Assembly (NCBI GenBank): GCA_023213395.1
Contig: CM041465.1
Span: 211,489,741-211,553,740 of the forward strand
Direction: 5' to 3'
DNA: 64,000 nt
Source: Cycas panzhihuaensis
Taxonomy: Eukaryota; Plantae; Cycadophyta
Part shown: piece by piece, positions 23,729-37,409 of the stretch
Position numbering within the stretch: position 1 is the first letter of the stretch
Layout: every line of letters begins with the position of its first letter
Notes under the pieces: model-generated
Seen by the model: the letters and a program-made list of their open reading frames with translations, nothing else
What the model was told of the DNA's origin: nothing
Databases searched by the model: none
Program-made: the position numbers and the translations under genes

Positions 23729-26700
23729 GAATATATTATAATAATTTAGGCCTTAACTAATGCACTACAAATTTAATTAGAAATTATCTTACTATTTCCT
23801 AACTCTTGGTTAGTTATTTACTAGTTTACATAGGTTTGCCATGTTTATTAATCTTAGTTTAATACCCTTATAAATATAACTAGGTCCCTATTGGCCAAAT
23901 TTTCTTTTGTTTTAATTCAACATATCCCCTAAAAATAAACCATTGAAGCCAACTAGCTAGTCATACACATTCCCAAGCATCACCTATGGTAAAGTTTCTC
24001 TATTTTTAAGGCTTTTATGCCTATAACAAAGTCTAGGCTTTCAAGTTAGTCTCCATCTCATGCAACGTTACCTTGAGACATAGCCACTAACAAAGATAAT
24101 GTTATAAACCTCCTTAAATGTAATTATTTAATCATTAAGTGAATAGGTTCCTTTGAATAGTTACAACCATTTATGAAAGGGCCCTATTATATACATATAA
24201 ATATACCCTCTATTATAACATTAGACATTACTTGTTTTATTAATCAACTTATTGGTCTATTTTGACTATTCAATATTTCAAGTATACTTGTGTAATATTG
24301 GTTGTTCTCTCAAGTTATAGAGAAGGTCTATAACAAGTGGTATTAGAGTAATATCATAATATATTTAAAATAAATTAACCTCCCCATCGAGGAATTTGTT
24401 TAAAGAAATTTAGGGTGCTTTTCAAACACTCTACATTCATTCGTAGCTCCTTTAAACCAAATCATCATCTTTCAACCACTTCCTTCTACTTTGTAAGATT
24501 AACTCATCAAAATAAATAAATAATAATCTATGCTAACTATGACACTCCATAATCATTTAACTTAGCAACCATTCAATGTACCCTTTTCATTGTAATACCT
24601 CCCCACATAAGACTTGATCATTTTTGTATTATCATTTTTTGTGCTTTCTCCATCATTATCTATTCTTTTACCTCTCATTATCTATTTTCTTGTATTAGCT
24701 ATAATATTAATGTCAATGAATATGCCATAAATCTGTGTGATAATATTTATCTATGTAGAATACAAATTAAGTTGTAATTAAATTAAATTATTGATCATAT
24801 ATGCTTTACCATTGCCCACTATTGTATTTATATTACATTGGTGTGGTGTATATACTACTTAGGTCCACAAAACATCTTAGGGAAATTTACCAAAAAAATA
24901 CATACATTACTACAAACTACCATATTTATTATTACATTAATTACATAAGGTCAATTATTATCCACCTTTACATAATTGTTTAATGCATCATTATATAAAC
25001 CGTCATCTCCATCATTTGGTCTTTGGCACTGGTTATTTAGGAATCAGTCTAGTTAGAATACCTTTGAATAACTTTATGTTTCTTATGTTTTTATTGAATA
25101 TTAGAAAATAAGTCAATCTATAGGAACCCTACAACCAACTTTGTCAAACTGTTAGGGAGGAGTCTCTACTTGGTTATGTTGTATAGTTAAAGATGATTTG
25201 AAAGAGGCTAGGATATGTGAACAAAACCTAGTAAAAGAATATGTTAGCCTACATAATGAAGTATAGGAGATCTAAGTTTAGAGTTATACTAACAATGTTC
25301 TTTATTTTGTTTTCTTATTTATTCCTATCCCTTTCCTTTATACTTTTTAGCGTTTTAGGTTTATTCAACTATAGGAAAGATCAAAGTAATCAAATCCAAG
25401 ATCATACACTTGTAAAAATAATCAAGATACTAATGGATCGAAGGTAGATTACTCTTCAAACTTAATAAAAAAGGAAGGAATGACATCCACTTTTTTTTTT
25501 TTTTTTTAAGAAAAGGAATCTTACCTAAAACAAAGATAAAACTACCTTCATGAACTTTAAACAAACTTGTACTTCAAATGAAAAAGCAATACTTACAAAA
25601 GAAGCCACTCATAAATACCTAGAGAATGAAGCATGAGATGGTATGAGGTTCCTTTTAAGTTCTTTCCACTTGAATGTATAACACTTTATGAATTCTTATA
25701 ACTTTTAACAATAGAAAAACTTCAAATAAAGGGAGTAAACTAAAAACTATAACATGCAAGATAAATTCTTAACATGCGAGGTCAAAACTCATCAAAGTAT
25801 CTTATAAGAGATGCCATACATGATGTAAATCCAATAAATAATCATGAATATAATACATGTAATTGATTTGAGAAACTAGGTTAAGAGCAAAGAAAGATTT
25901 CATGATAGTTTTAACAAAATGTAACCATAAAAAATTATGAATTCAATGTATCTCCTAAGAAAGCAAAAAGTAAATATTATCATAGAAAGTTTATTCCTTT
26001 TACTTTTTTTTGACCAAACATCTTGGAAGTACACCTTTGGGGGACCACTAAGGATAAGGATATCTAATCCATCACCTTAACTATAAAAAGGGCTTTAGGG
26101 TCTTCAAGAGAAGGGATAGGTCACCCACAAAGGTCATCCATGCATCAGAATGTAGGTTTACAGACCCGTAAATAGCACACAAGACCTTTCTTTTTTATAG
26201 GCACCTTCTAGGATCTAGGTTGGTCAAGGACATCCTCAATTTACTGAGTAGCCTAGGAGAGGACTCTCCTATCCTAATGGTAAAAGGAAGCAGAGAAAAG
26301 GAACTCTTATAAGGAAGAGGTGAAGGAGAAAGGATAGGCCCTAATGAGGTAGGAACTTATGGAATAAATAAAGGAAGCGACTGGTTGAGAGGTGAAAAGG
26401 GGATTTGGTATATGTGGGCATCAAACCCAAAAGGTGAGGCTATTAGAAATTTGTATTTGACGTAACCTAAAGGGTATACCTTTAGGGTTTGAGCTAAGTG
26501 TGAGGGTTGCCCAACAATATTAAGAGTTTAAATGGCATCTTTTGTCTCAGTTATGGGATGAAATGGCGTAAAGATCCAAAATATTAATCCTAAATGAATG
26601 TAAACCAATAAGAACACTCTCTCTATCCTATCTTAACTCTCTTTTCCTTTATTGAAAGTAGATTGATCTAATAGAAAATAGGGGGTGTAAGGAAGAGAAA

Positions 26701-27679
26701 GAAGACAAGTGATCCGTGCAATCTTTCCTAGAGATGCAAGAAAGAAGAGTAATGTTCCTAACCAAATCACGCTTTCTTACTCTACCCCTATACTTGTGCA
26801 TGCATGCAGAATGCAAAGGGGGTGTAGTAAGGAGAAGGGGTACTTTGGTTTCTTTCCTAGGAAGAAGGAAGGGAATATACTTATTCAAATTATCTTCTTA
26901 TGTTCGTGCAAACTGAGAAAGAAGAGTAAGATCTTTGTGCGTTTGTACAGGATGAAGATGTAAGTATGAGTATAATCCTTTTACGTTTCCTTTTCATGAA
27001 TGCTAATATACATGGGGATAATCATGACTTTCATGTAAACATGAGCAAGTTTCTTTTAGGGAAGAAGGGGGAGAAACCAAGGAAGGAAGAGGGAGAGAAG
27101 AGTGGAGGGAGTGCACCTAGGAGAAAACTGGTTGGTGAAGCACCACTCTCTTCTTTTTGCGTTCCCTTCACCCATTGCATCGTGCTCCAGGTTGTGGTGG
27201 ATGTTGTGGATGAAGCTATGAGTGGGGCTCCCTTACCTTCCCCAAGTATATTATGAAAAGACAAGAAACTTAAAAGGAAGATTCAAAGGAACATAAATGC
27301 AAAAAGATGAACATGCCTCTTGGTTACCACACAACACTGCTTACTTGAGAAGAGTTGTATTTCCCGTATGAACAAAACCCTTCAACAACAAACAGGCACA
27401 TAAGTATATGTGCCTTACCAAAGTGGAGTTAAAGTTTGCTTAATATCTTGAAAGAAAATAATAAGATGATGCACAACTTTCCCTATGTACAATGACATTT
27501 CATAGAACTTCTTGGGAAAAGAGCGGGGTTTGAGAGTGAAGAAGAGAGTAGCCTCAAAATGGCTAGCTCCCTTAAGTGGACCACCTCCTATGTGCTCAGA
27601 TACTGCATGAGCGAGTTAGACAAAGATAAAAAACTTAGAGTAATTAAAAACTAAAATAACTTACAAGAAGTACCAAATA

Positions 27680-28382
27680 TTACAAAAGTTGTGAAAGTTA
27701 TAAATGCCACCATTATACACCAACCTTCTAAGGCATTCCATGTTATATTATTGCCGTGGCCATTTTACCACTAAACCCTACCCTCATTGGGGCTATAACT
27801 CCACATTCCTTAGCCCAACACAAATTTATTCTAATGGCAATAAAGTATTTTACCAAATAGGTTGAGGCTATCTCTTTATCCTCCATGATGGGCAAAACAA
27901 TCACTACTTTTATCTTTCAATACATTATTTGCCACTTCAAAGTCCCTGACATCCTCATTACAGATAATAGAACCTCTTTTTATAATAAAGAGATGGATGA
28001 GCTTTGTGAGAAATTTAAAATTTCTTACAAAACTTCATCTCGCTATTATCCTCAAGCCAATGACGAGACCAAGACCTTGATCAATATTCTGAAGAAGACC
28101 ATTGCCCAATCCTAATAGGATTATCACCTGTAACTTCACCTAGCCTTGTGGGCCTACTGTACATCCAACGAGACATCCATAAGTATGATTCTAGTCTCCC
28201 TAGTTTATGGATCAGAAGTGGTGCTACTCCTTAAAGTTAAAATCCCTTCTTTAAGGGTTTCACTAAAAGATTTTATAGACAAAGAGCAGCAATGTCAAGC
28301 TCGTCTGCTTGACTTTGAGGCACTAGATGAAAAATGCCTCGTCGCATATCAAGCTAGCCTTGTGTCTAAGTCTAAAGCCTAA
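27680..28382 (+). mobile_element. Degenerate Ty3/gypsy integrase core, copy B
   Basis: ORFs 27885 and 28146 carry the same integrase motifs. Confidence 0.9.
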
Positions 28383-28843
28383 AATAAGCCTAAATTGGGT
28401 ATCATGACCATATAATCTAAAACCATAAGGGGGCATGGCATTGAAGTATTCCCATTCCTTTCCCTTACTCCAAAATAAGCCTAAATTATCCTCATCTTAA
28501 AGGTTGTCACCTCTTCAGAAGGTGCCTCACTAAGGTCCATCTCCTACCATTCTTGGAGGGTGACAAAATCAACCCCATAATAGGGCCATAGGAGTCCTCC
28601 ATGAGTATAAACTAGTAGACAAATGTATGATGTCATTTCATGTGGATAGTGTGTATATGTGAGTTATGATGTTACACATATATGTGTGAGCTACGATGCC
28701 ATGAATAAGAATAAATGTCAAGTCAAACATGCATAAAAATAAGCACATACACACATAAGAATGATGAAACATATAAGATATATCCACAAAACAAGTACAC
28801 AAGGGATACAAAAGTATGGTGGGGTAACAATTGGCCCTCACAA

Positions 28844-28924
<81 letters not shown>

Positions 28925-29099
28925 CATACATGTATACATAAAAATGAAGTACAATATGGATAAGGATACTATATCCCATGAGGATGTTGGGCTCCTTGTA
29001 GGGGTATACAACCATATATACAAACTTTGTACCCTTGGAAGTCTAGCTTTCCTCTACAAAATATAAAATGTAATCATCCTCCCATGCCCTCAAGGGGTA

Positions 29100-31371
29100 T
29101 CATCCCCTGGTTGTGGTCTCCTCTACTCTAGGGGGGTCCAAGTACCCCCTAAGCTCCTCCTTGGCTACTGTGACAGCTCAACCTCACTCCCCCCATCCTG
29201 TAGATGATCCTCCTCCCTTTAGTGCTACTACATCATCATTATGGTATGAGTCCTAAAGGAGAATGCTACTATTTACTCCAATTTACGACCATACCTCTCC
29301 TAAATGTAGTTCCTTTCTGCCTAAATATCTTGAAGTCATATCTTGAGTACGGTGATTTGTACCTCCATGCTAGTATCCATCTATATATATGTAATTATAA
29401 CCAAAGGCACTATCTCTACCCCCTTATGCCTCCAACTCCCTCACCAGGCCTGCAATTGGTCCCTCTCTACCTAAAGTTAGCCCCACTTGGCCTAAATCTA
29501 TCCCTAGTCCAAACATAACTTATGGAGCTCTATAGCCCACATCTCCTTAGCCTTCAACAAGGGGGGAAATATTGTTATATGGGGATGTGTCGATGTTGGA
29601 TTCCTATTATCTACTATGGGAGGCGAGCCCTCTGTATGCACTATGGGAAAAAGCTCGCTAATAACCTTTGTGATGAGCTCTATTGTGATACCCTCTCTTG
29701 CTAGTTAATAAGCTCTTGCATCAGTAACAAATCCGTACAAAATCAACATAGAATTAAATAATAGAAATAACTACAAAGGGATAAAATCAAATAAAAGAAG
29801 GTAATGCCTCTATGAGGGGCCTTCTCTAGTGTTGATACTACCTCCTAGCCTCCTCCCTGATTAACTTCCAAACTAACATCATGTGCCCCCTTATTGTCAT
29901 AAGTATCTACCTCCTCCTCATCCCCTCTAGCGGCCTTGTCTCCCTCTCCCTCCTCCTCTCTAGCCTCTATTGCATCCCTTATCTCACCTCTGTCTCCCTC
30001 CTTAATATTAACCCAGTGAACATCCTAGTAAGGATGCCTCACATAGTCATTAAGGATCAGTAGCTCTAAGGAGTTATATCACTAACTAGTGGACCTACTC
30101 TAACTCTCCTAAGCTATAAAATTATGATGGTCGCCTATGAATTAGTGGCCCACTCATCACTACTAGGTGCAGCCTTACCACAGGTCCCATTCTATGAAAG
30201 TGATCGAAGAACCAACACTACATAATGAAGGAATAAGAGAACCCATCATGCTTAGTTACTCAAATTTGATCTAACTGGGCTTATATATTAGCCACTACAA
30301 GGGAAGCCTAGTCTAGCCTCTCCCCGACCTTGCATCACTAAAAAGTAGCCATCCAAGCTTTGGGGAATATTATGATAGTTTTATCAATAGGAAATTTGGA
30401 ATAGAATTGTAAATATGTTAAGCTTCCACATCTAAGGAATGGTTGCAATTATGATCTTCCTCATAAATCCTCCTCACCTATCCTAGTGCCCCCTGATATA
30501 GAAATATCTCATAGCTTCCTGATGGGTATCCTTAGTATTGGGCAAATCCCTTAGCTTAGGAGGTGCTCCTCCTACTAGTAGCCCTAGGATCCTCCTGGTG
30601 TTACTAGTAGTAATAGTCAGGTCCCCTATATTAGGAAGATGGAAAACCTACCTTCTCTTATCCCAATGGAATATAATATCCACTAATAGAGCCTGATCAA
30701 ATGTATACTAGTACATCATCACTACCCTTAATAATCCACATCTCTATACTGCTCTCAATCTTGTGCTATCATCAGATCTGTTATGCCCAACATGGGCATC
30801 CCAATATTTTTTTGATTATCAATTATGATAACAACCTATAAACACATATAAATAGTCACACAAATCAATTATTAAAACCTAAGGCCTAACTATTAATGAC
30901 TAACAACTCTAAAATTAATAATAAAAATAAATATGATAAATCTTTTAAAAGTAAAATTAAAAAAAAAAATTAAATAATTATATTTGTACTATAAAAATAT
31001 TTATAGTACCACAAATATATCTATGGTATCACAAACACATCTATGGTACTATAGAAATTTGCTGAGAGCATTTGTGATACTGCTATAATATTTGTGGTAC
31101 CATAAAGTTTCTTATGGTATGTAGCAAACCAACCCTACACTATAAAAAATAAATAAATAAGTTACTTTTTAGGTCTAATAATAGGCCGATCAGGACTAGG
31201 GCACCAAGGTACCTTGGTCTAACCCAAAATAGGGCTCCAAACAAGTCTTGTTTGGCCTCATTTTTCTTACATGGGCATAACCCATATATAAAAAACACAT
31301 ATTGATAAAATGCAAAAGAATACAAATAATAAACCAGATCCACTCACTAGATCTGGGTGCACTATAGCCAT
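29100..31371 (-). pseudogene. PMD gene remnant, copy B
   Basis: Duplicate of 11500-13772; the same motif is at ~30565-30705. Confidence 0.75.
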
Positions 31372-34300
31372 GGCATCAATGTGATCCTAATGGATCCCTC
31401 CACTCAGTGATCCAATGATCAAATCTCTCGTAGCAAGATCGTAAAGGTGAAGGAAAATGTGGGGGTAGGGAGAGTTTCCTAAAAAATCCTACGAGAAATA
31501 GTGAAAATGAATTCCAAATTCTTAACCAATTTGAATATATAGAGGGCCCATCCCCCTTTATTTGGTTGTTATTTCACCACCTACTCATTTCCTTATAGCC
31601 GCATCACTGACACAACCATCTTAGATACCCTTGTCATAGCCATTTAGGCCAATGGCCCTTATCACGCACAACTCCATATTTTGTCACCATTAGATACATA
31701 TCATTAATGGCCATTTTTACCCTTGAGATACCTACCTCAACTCCTATTATTGTTTATAGCCCACGGGACTGGATTTTTCACCTTGATTGTCATTTTAGCA
31801 CCCATTCTAACCCTTCACATGCCATATACTATTTGAACCCCCATTTTTTACTATCTTTATTATATTTTCTATTTATTTCCTATGCCTTATCTACAACTTT
31901 AGCGTAGCTTTCTACAGTTGTTTGGCTCCCTTTGACCTTATTATCAGCTCTCTAATTCTTTGTGCTACCCCCTCATTTACCTTGTTGAGCTTTTAAGTGC
32001 CTTTAGCTCCTCCTCCATCAACACATAGTCTATTTGTGTCAGATGATATTTTACTATTCATCTATCATTTCTCCCCCTAGTTTCACTTGGACTTTAGTTG
32101 GTCATATGTACAACTTCAACAAGGGAACCCACAATGATTCCTACATGCTCTCTATCATTAGAATATGCCTTAGTTCTTCATGACCACTGGCCAGAGGACC
32201 CTGCTCTATATATACTACACATCTGACACTCAAGACTATCATATGGTTTGCCCTTTATGTCTTGTAATTTGACCTTCTTACTAGAGGCTAATTGTGTGGT
32301 GTTCACTCTGTTAAAGTATTACTACTATGGTAACTCCTTTAGCTTTCCTATGGTCTAATCCACCTCTATATCTACCTTACACTACCTAAGTAATTACTTA
32401 TATATATGCCCTATTAAAGCTATAAATATATCTATGTGTGTGTGTGTGTGTGTGTAAAATAGAGTATATTTTAAGGGAGCATATCTACTACCACCTTCTT
32501 AGTATCTAGGGCAAGTCACATGACAACCTCATCCCCACCTACAATTTGTAGTTCAAATCTACATGAGTGGGATATTTGGGACCTTTAGATTTAGTTGTTT
32601 GGACCCACCATGGTATTGATTGTGATCAGAACCTACTTAGCACAATTATCATTTTGGGTTGATTTTAGAGGAGTTTATAATTATGGCATAGGGTCATTCT
32701 TAACTACTAAGAGTTTTTGTTATTTCAATCAAATTTACATGCTCGCTTAAGTTCCCTTTTGTTGATCATCAATTCCTGCAATCTCCCTTCTTTAAGTGAC
32801 CTCATCCTAAGTTGTCATTACACTCTCTCATGGCATTGATCATCCATACTAATGGGGGTAGTCATGGGAATCTAGGGCCTTCTACTATAGCCTAAATCAT
32901 TCAAGATCACCTTGGGAATACCTTGGTTCAATCTATGGTTTACTTACTAGAAGCACCAATAACAAAGTTGAGTACACTATCGTCATAGAGGCTTTGATTG
33001 ATGTACTCCACTTCTACTTTGGCTCCATCATCTTATATTGTGACTCCTAAATTGTCATATCCCAACTCACCTAAGTTTACTGGATCCTTTGCCTACAATT
33101 GAGGTCTTTAGCCATGTCTGTTAGATCCCTCCTGGCCTAGTTCTCTTCTATCAAAATCCATCATATTCCCCTTGGACTTAGCATTGAAGCTAATGGTTTA
33201 GTGGGCTTTATCCTTGAGTGTCATCTACCATTGGTAGGTGACTCCCCTTTGGCCTAATAGGCCATACCTTGAGATGCATATCTAAGGGGGCAATCCTCCC
33301 TAGTCTCACTTCAAAAGGGAATTCACTAATGAGGTAAAACTATATTGACAACCTTGGGCTTACATAGAGCTAAAGCTTCTCTCTTATGCTTCAATGAGAG
33401 CTTAAACTGCTACCATGCTTTGAAATAAGCTTAAACTACCTTTGTATATTTGTATATACCAGACTAGGATATGGATTTCTTAGGTTGCACCACTCTTTTA
33501 CATCCCATATCCTCGCCTCCTTTATTTCATCATCCTTTATTTTATTTGTATATTTCCTTTTTATGCAATAACTATATACAAAAAAATAAATAAAAAACAA
33601 TAGACAACCCTTTCAAAATCTTAAAAAAAGAAGAAGAAGAAGAAAGAAACCCAAAAAATCTTACTTTGAAAGATGGTCGCTAATGAGGTAAAATTATAGT
33701 GGCCCACTTGGACTCATTAAGACCTACTCCCCCTTAGGTATTGAGGCATTACTTCATGTATTCAAGGGGCTTTGGGCTTCCAAGCCCTATTTTAGGACCA
33801 CCCCATCCATTTGGCTTCCATTGAGGCAACGCCTTAGTTGTTTATCATACCCACATTTATACATGCTTAGGACTCATAGTCATTAGATTTGAGATTGATA
33901 TGGTCACTAAATCTTTGTCCCTCCTAGCTGGTGCACCTCTATGTTAAAGTCCATAAGAGGCTAAACTAAGGGCAACCCTCCTTGGATTCACTACTAATGA
34001 GGCACCACTATGGAAGCCACTTCTCCATGTGATTCATATGCATTTAATTTTTATTATTTTGCATCTCATGTCATTTGTGTTGGCATCACTCATCGTCTTC
34101 TAACTTTAGATTAAAGAGGTTTTGGTACCAAGGGGGAAATGTTTCTTGGCTTCCAGGAATAGGATTTGGACATTTGACCAAGTAAGGTAAGTTTAGGTAT
34201 GTTCTCTACCCCTCTTCACTCTTTATTTATTTATATTTGAGATTATGTAGTCAACACATGTTCATTTACTTACTTGTTGGTTAGTTCATGTCCATATTTA

Positions 34301-35837
34301 TATGTCGATGACGATCAGGACCTTGGTCCATAGCTCTGATGTCCACCTATTGGTTCTCTTGCGTTGGAAAAGGTGCCTCCTAACCCTCTACAACTTATTT
34401 ATTTCCCATTGTTATTTCATTTTCGTTTGTTTAGCCTTATTTCTACCTTTCTCCCACTTGATACTGATTGGTTGCTGCTTATAGACCCATTATTTATGAA
34501 TTTATTTCACTACATATAGAAATTAGTAAAAAAAAAAAAAGTCAACTATGTTGCATTACTAATTAGTATTATGACTACATTAGTGGTACCGTAAAATATT
34601 TTATGGTACCATATACATGTTTGTGGTACTGTGAATAAATTTGCAGTTCAGTTGTCACCAACTCAAATTCAAGTTTAATGGTAACAATCAGCTCATAAAT
34701 AAAGATCTATCAGTTTCGGTAGGCTGCGTTGGTTCCAAATCAGGTTGCATCTATATAAAGAGGCTAAACATGCCTCAAATCACAAAATTTTTACCCATTT
34801 CAAAGATCAAATTCATCAAACCATGAGCAAGACTCATGGTTTTTGGTTAATGGTTTTCCCCACATTATGGGTAGAAAACCACCAACCCATAACCTTTTGT
34901 CCATTTATAAATCCCATCTTTTTTCCAAAGGAAAGGAGGGAAACATTTGGACAAGAGTTACTACGTCATTATACTACTAAAATTTTGCTAGAACACTAGC
35001 AATTGGGAGCAAAAAACTAGCTACCATTGGGGATATTGCAAGTAAGCCATCACAAGCTATTAGAGAGTCCTTGGGGAAGAGATTTCATTGCCATTGGCCC
35101 ATCATTCCCTTTTAAGGTATAGGTAATCCACTCTTCCTTTGCTAATGTAGGCCTTCTTTCTCTTTTTATTCCTTCATCTTATTCATATTAGGATGTGTGA
35201 TTCTATGACGAGAATGTGCTAGTGGGTTTCTTTGTTGTTCATCATCTCATTGCTTAAGTGAGTCAAGTCTCCCTCTATGCTATTTTTCTTATTCTTCTTT
35301 GATTTTCTTGAAAACGTTGCAGGTTCGAGGAGATTTCCTAAGTACAACTTAGGAAACCACTCAGATTTGGGGGATGGTTGCCATCTTGAGGCATCCTTAA
35401 CCCATCTCATTTCATCTTCTTTTGCTTATAGATTGAAGATTATTATTTTTACGCTTTCCATCACTCTTTTTGTGAGCTACACATATGATTGAATGTTATT
35501 AGTTATCTTATGGATCTCTTTCTTTTATGAGCTACTAATTCGTATGTAGGAAGGGAAACAATAACTCTCAAGGTCATCCTTTTTGCATATTTACTTAAAG
35601 AAAAAGGCTATAATAATTTCTCACATCGATTACCTTTCAAAGAGGTAAGCTTAAAGTTTATTTTGTCGTGTCTTTCTTTTGACTTAACAATTTTTGCTTC
35701 TCCATTTTATATCATAGAGACCTTCAACAAGCATAAATGCTACTAAAATTCTCTTAGATGTAAGTAAGTATTAGTCCCCATTTTCTCTCATTACACAAGA
35801 GGCATCATGGTTCATGGGATAAGGCTATCGCTACTTT

Positions 35838-36148
35838 TATTGGACTATGGTTGTTTCACTTGCTGAGGAGTCCTCTTCCCAAATCACCCACAAGCTTTTG
35901 GTGTAACGGCAACTCGCAAGTGGTATCAGAGCCCAAGTTCAAGGTTCAAATGCCACGCATATATCAGACAAAGCCCCTTTCCCCACTGAGGTCTCCATGT
36001 ACCCTTATTTAGGTGGAATTGTAACATAAGAAATATGTGCTATGGTAGCCTCCTTGTCACGGGAGAGTGTTGGACTATAGCTAGTTCACTAACTCAGGAG
36101 TCCTCTTCCCAAATCACCTACAGGCTTTTGGTGTAACGACAAGTCATA
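35838..36148 (+). mobile_element. Complete miniature LTR retrotransposon (TRIM/SMART-like), 311 bp
   Basis: Two 81-bp LTRs (35838-35918, 36068-36148) share aggagtcctcttcccaaatcacc and gcttttggtgtaacg. PBS tggtatcagagcc at 35921-35933, PPT gggagag at 36061-36067, TSD acttt at 35833-35837 and 36149-36153. Confidence 0.93.
35921..35933 (+). promoter_or_regulatory. Primer-binding site complementary to initiator tRNA-Met
   Basis: Perfect TGGTATCAGAGCC, 2 bp after the LTR CA. Confidence 0.92.
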
Positions 36149-37409
36149 ACTTTGGCATTCGCTTCTTGGGTACATATCATCATTTCTTTTAGCTTGTTGA
36201 CGCCATTTTTTTTCTTTAAAAAAAGGACAAGAAAAATAAAAGAAAAAAAAAAGGGGGGGGGGGGGAAGAAAGAAATTATAAAAAAAAGAAGAAGAAGAAA
36301 GGAAGAAGTAAAGGAAAGAATCTACTTAGTTTGCCTAGTTCCTTTTTTTCCTTTGTTTATTTTTAGATAAGAAAAAGACAGAGAGAGTAGGAAAAGGAAA
36401 TGATTTAATTTAGTTAGTTTATCATCATTATCTTTCCCCTCATTTTTCTCCTACATCAAAAGAAAAAAGAAGATCAATTGCATCACATTCTTCTTTATTT
36501 ACATTTGCATATCTATTGCATTGCATTTTTAGAGTTGGGGGTTAAATAAATAGGTTGCATACTAGGTTTCAAACCTAAAACATAAGGAGGGATTGTATTA
36601 ACACGAGTCCCGAATCTAAAAGGGTATGATGCAAACCCATTAATAATATATTAGGTATATTCATCCAAATTAAAAAGAAAAAAGAAACGCATAGTTGCAT
36701 TCTAGGAGTGTATCACATTTCCCCTTCTTTCACCATAGACATCATTTCACGTCCAAAGGCCACTGATTCCTCTTGATGCACATGTGCCTTCATTTGAATG
36801 CCCTTAATTTAGCCTCTTAGGCAATGAGGAATGGCTTTCCTTGTATATGCGCTCGAGTAGTGCATAGGTGCCCTTTATTGGTGTCTTAGGATTCATTGCA
36901 CACGTGTAGGCCCCACACCCTAAGTCTATCGCCATTTAGTTGTAATCATCTTAAGTCATCCTGTAAGGAGTATTTTAATATATTTTATAGAAAATGATAT
37001 AGTGGTAGGATTACAAAGTTATAATTTAACATAAATACTCATTTAAATTTACATAGTTGTATGACTATTCATTATGGGAAAAACTATCATCTAAAGATAG
37101 ATCTTATAATTTATACAAAATGTAAAATTATAAATGTGTAGTATGAGGACATCATTATAAAAATTATTATTGAGGTGTTATTATTAACTTTTTAGATAAC
37201 ATTACCTAAGTTATCATATAAACACGATTCTTACACCACATGTGGAAATAATTCAAGTAGACTATTGGATATATTTTTAAAATTATTATGACATTAGTGA
37301 TATTGAAGATAAAATTTTAAAAGAAATAAAGTAGGGCATCTAGTGGGATAATAACAACAACAATTTATTAGATGAAATAGGAATCTTTTCATGGTAAGTA
37401 TATGCCATG

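Larger units (their letters stand above)
16290..33890 (+). repeat. Copy B of the ~17.6-kb tandem segmental duplication
   Basis: 17654-33890 matches 1-16289. 16290-17653 is the copia 5' leader and gag start, whose homologue would lie upstream of the window. After 33890 the Tat-element 3' region continues into its PPT and LTR. Confidence 0.93.
34130..36917 (+). mobile_element. PPT and long 3' LTR of the plus-strand Tat/Ogre-like element
   Basis: aagggggaaa (34130-34139) is directly followed by TG (tgtttcttggc), downstream of integrase, PMD and a long 3' region. The candidate CA end (...ggccccaca, 36917) is tentative. Confidence 0.55.

Noticed and set aside
36152-36370. Lys/Arg-rich 72-aa ORF
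   Set aside because: It translates low-complexity poly-A/G tracts inside an LTR.
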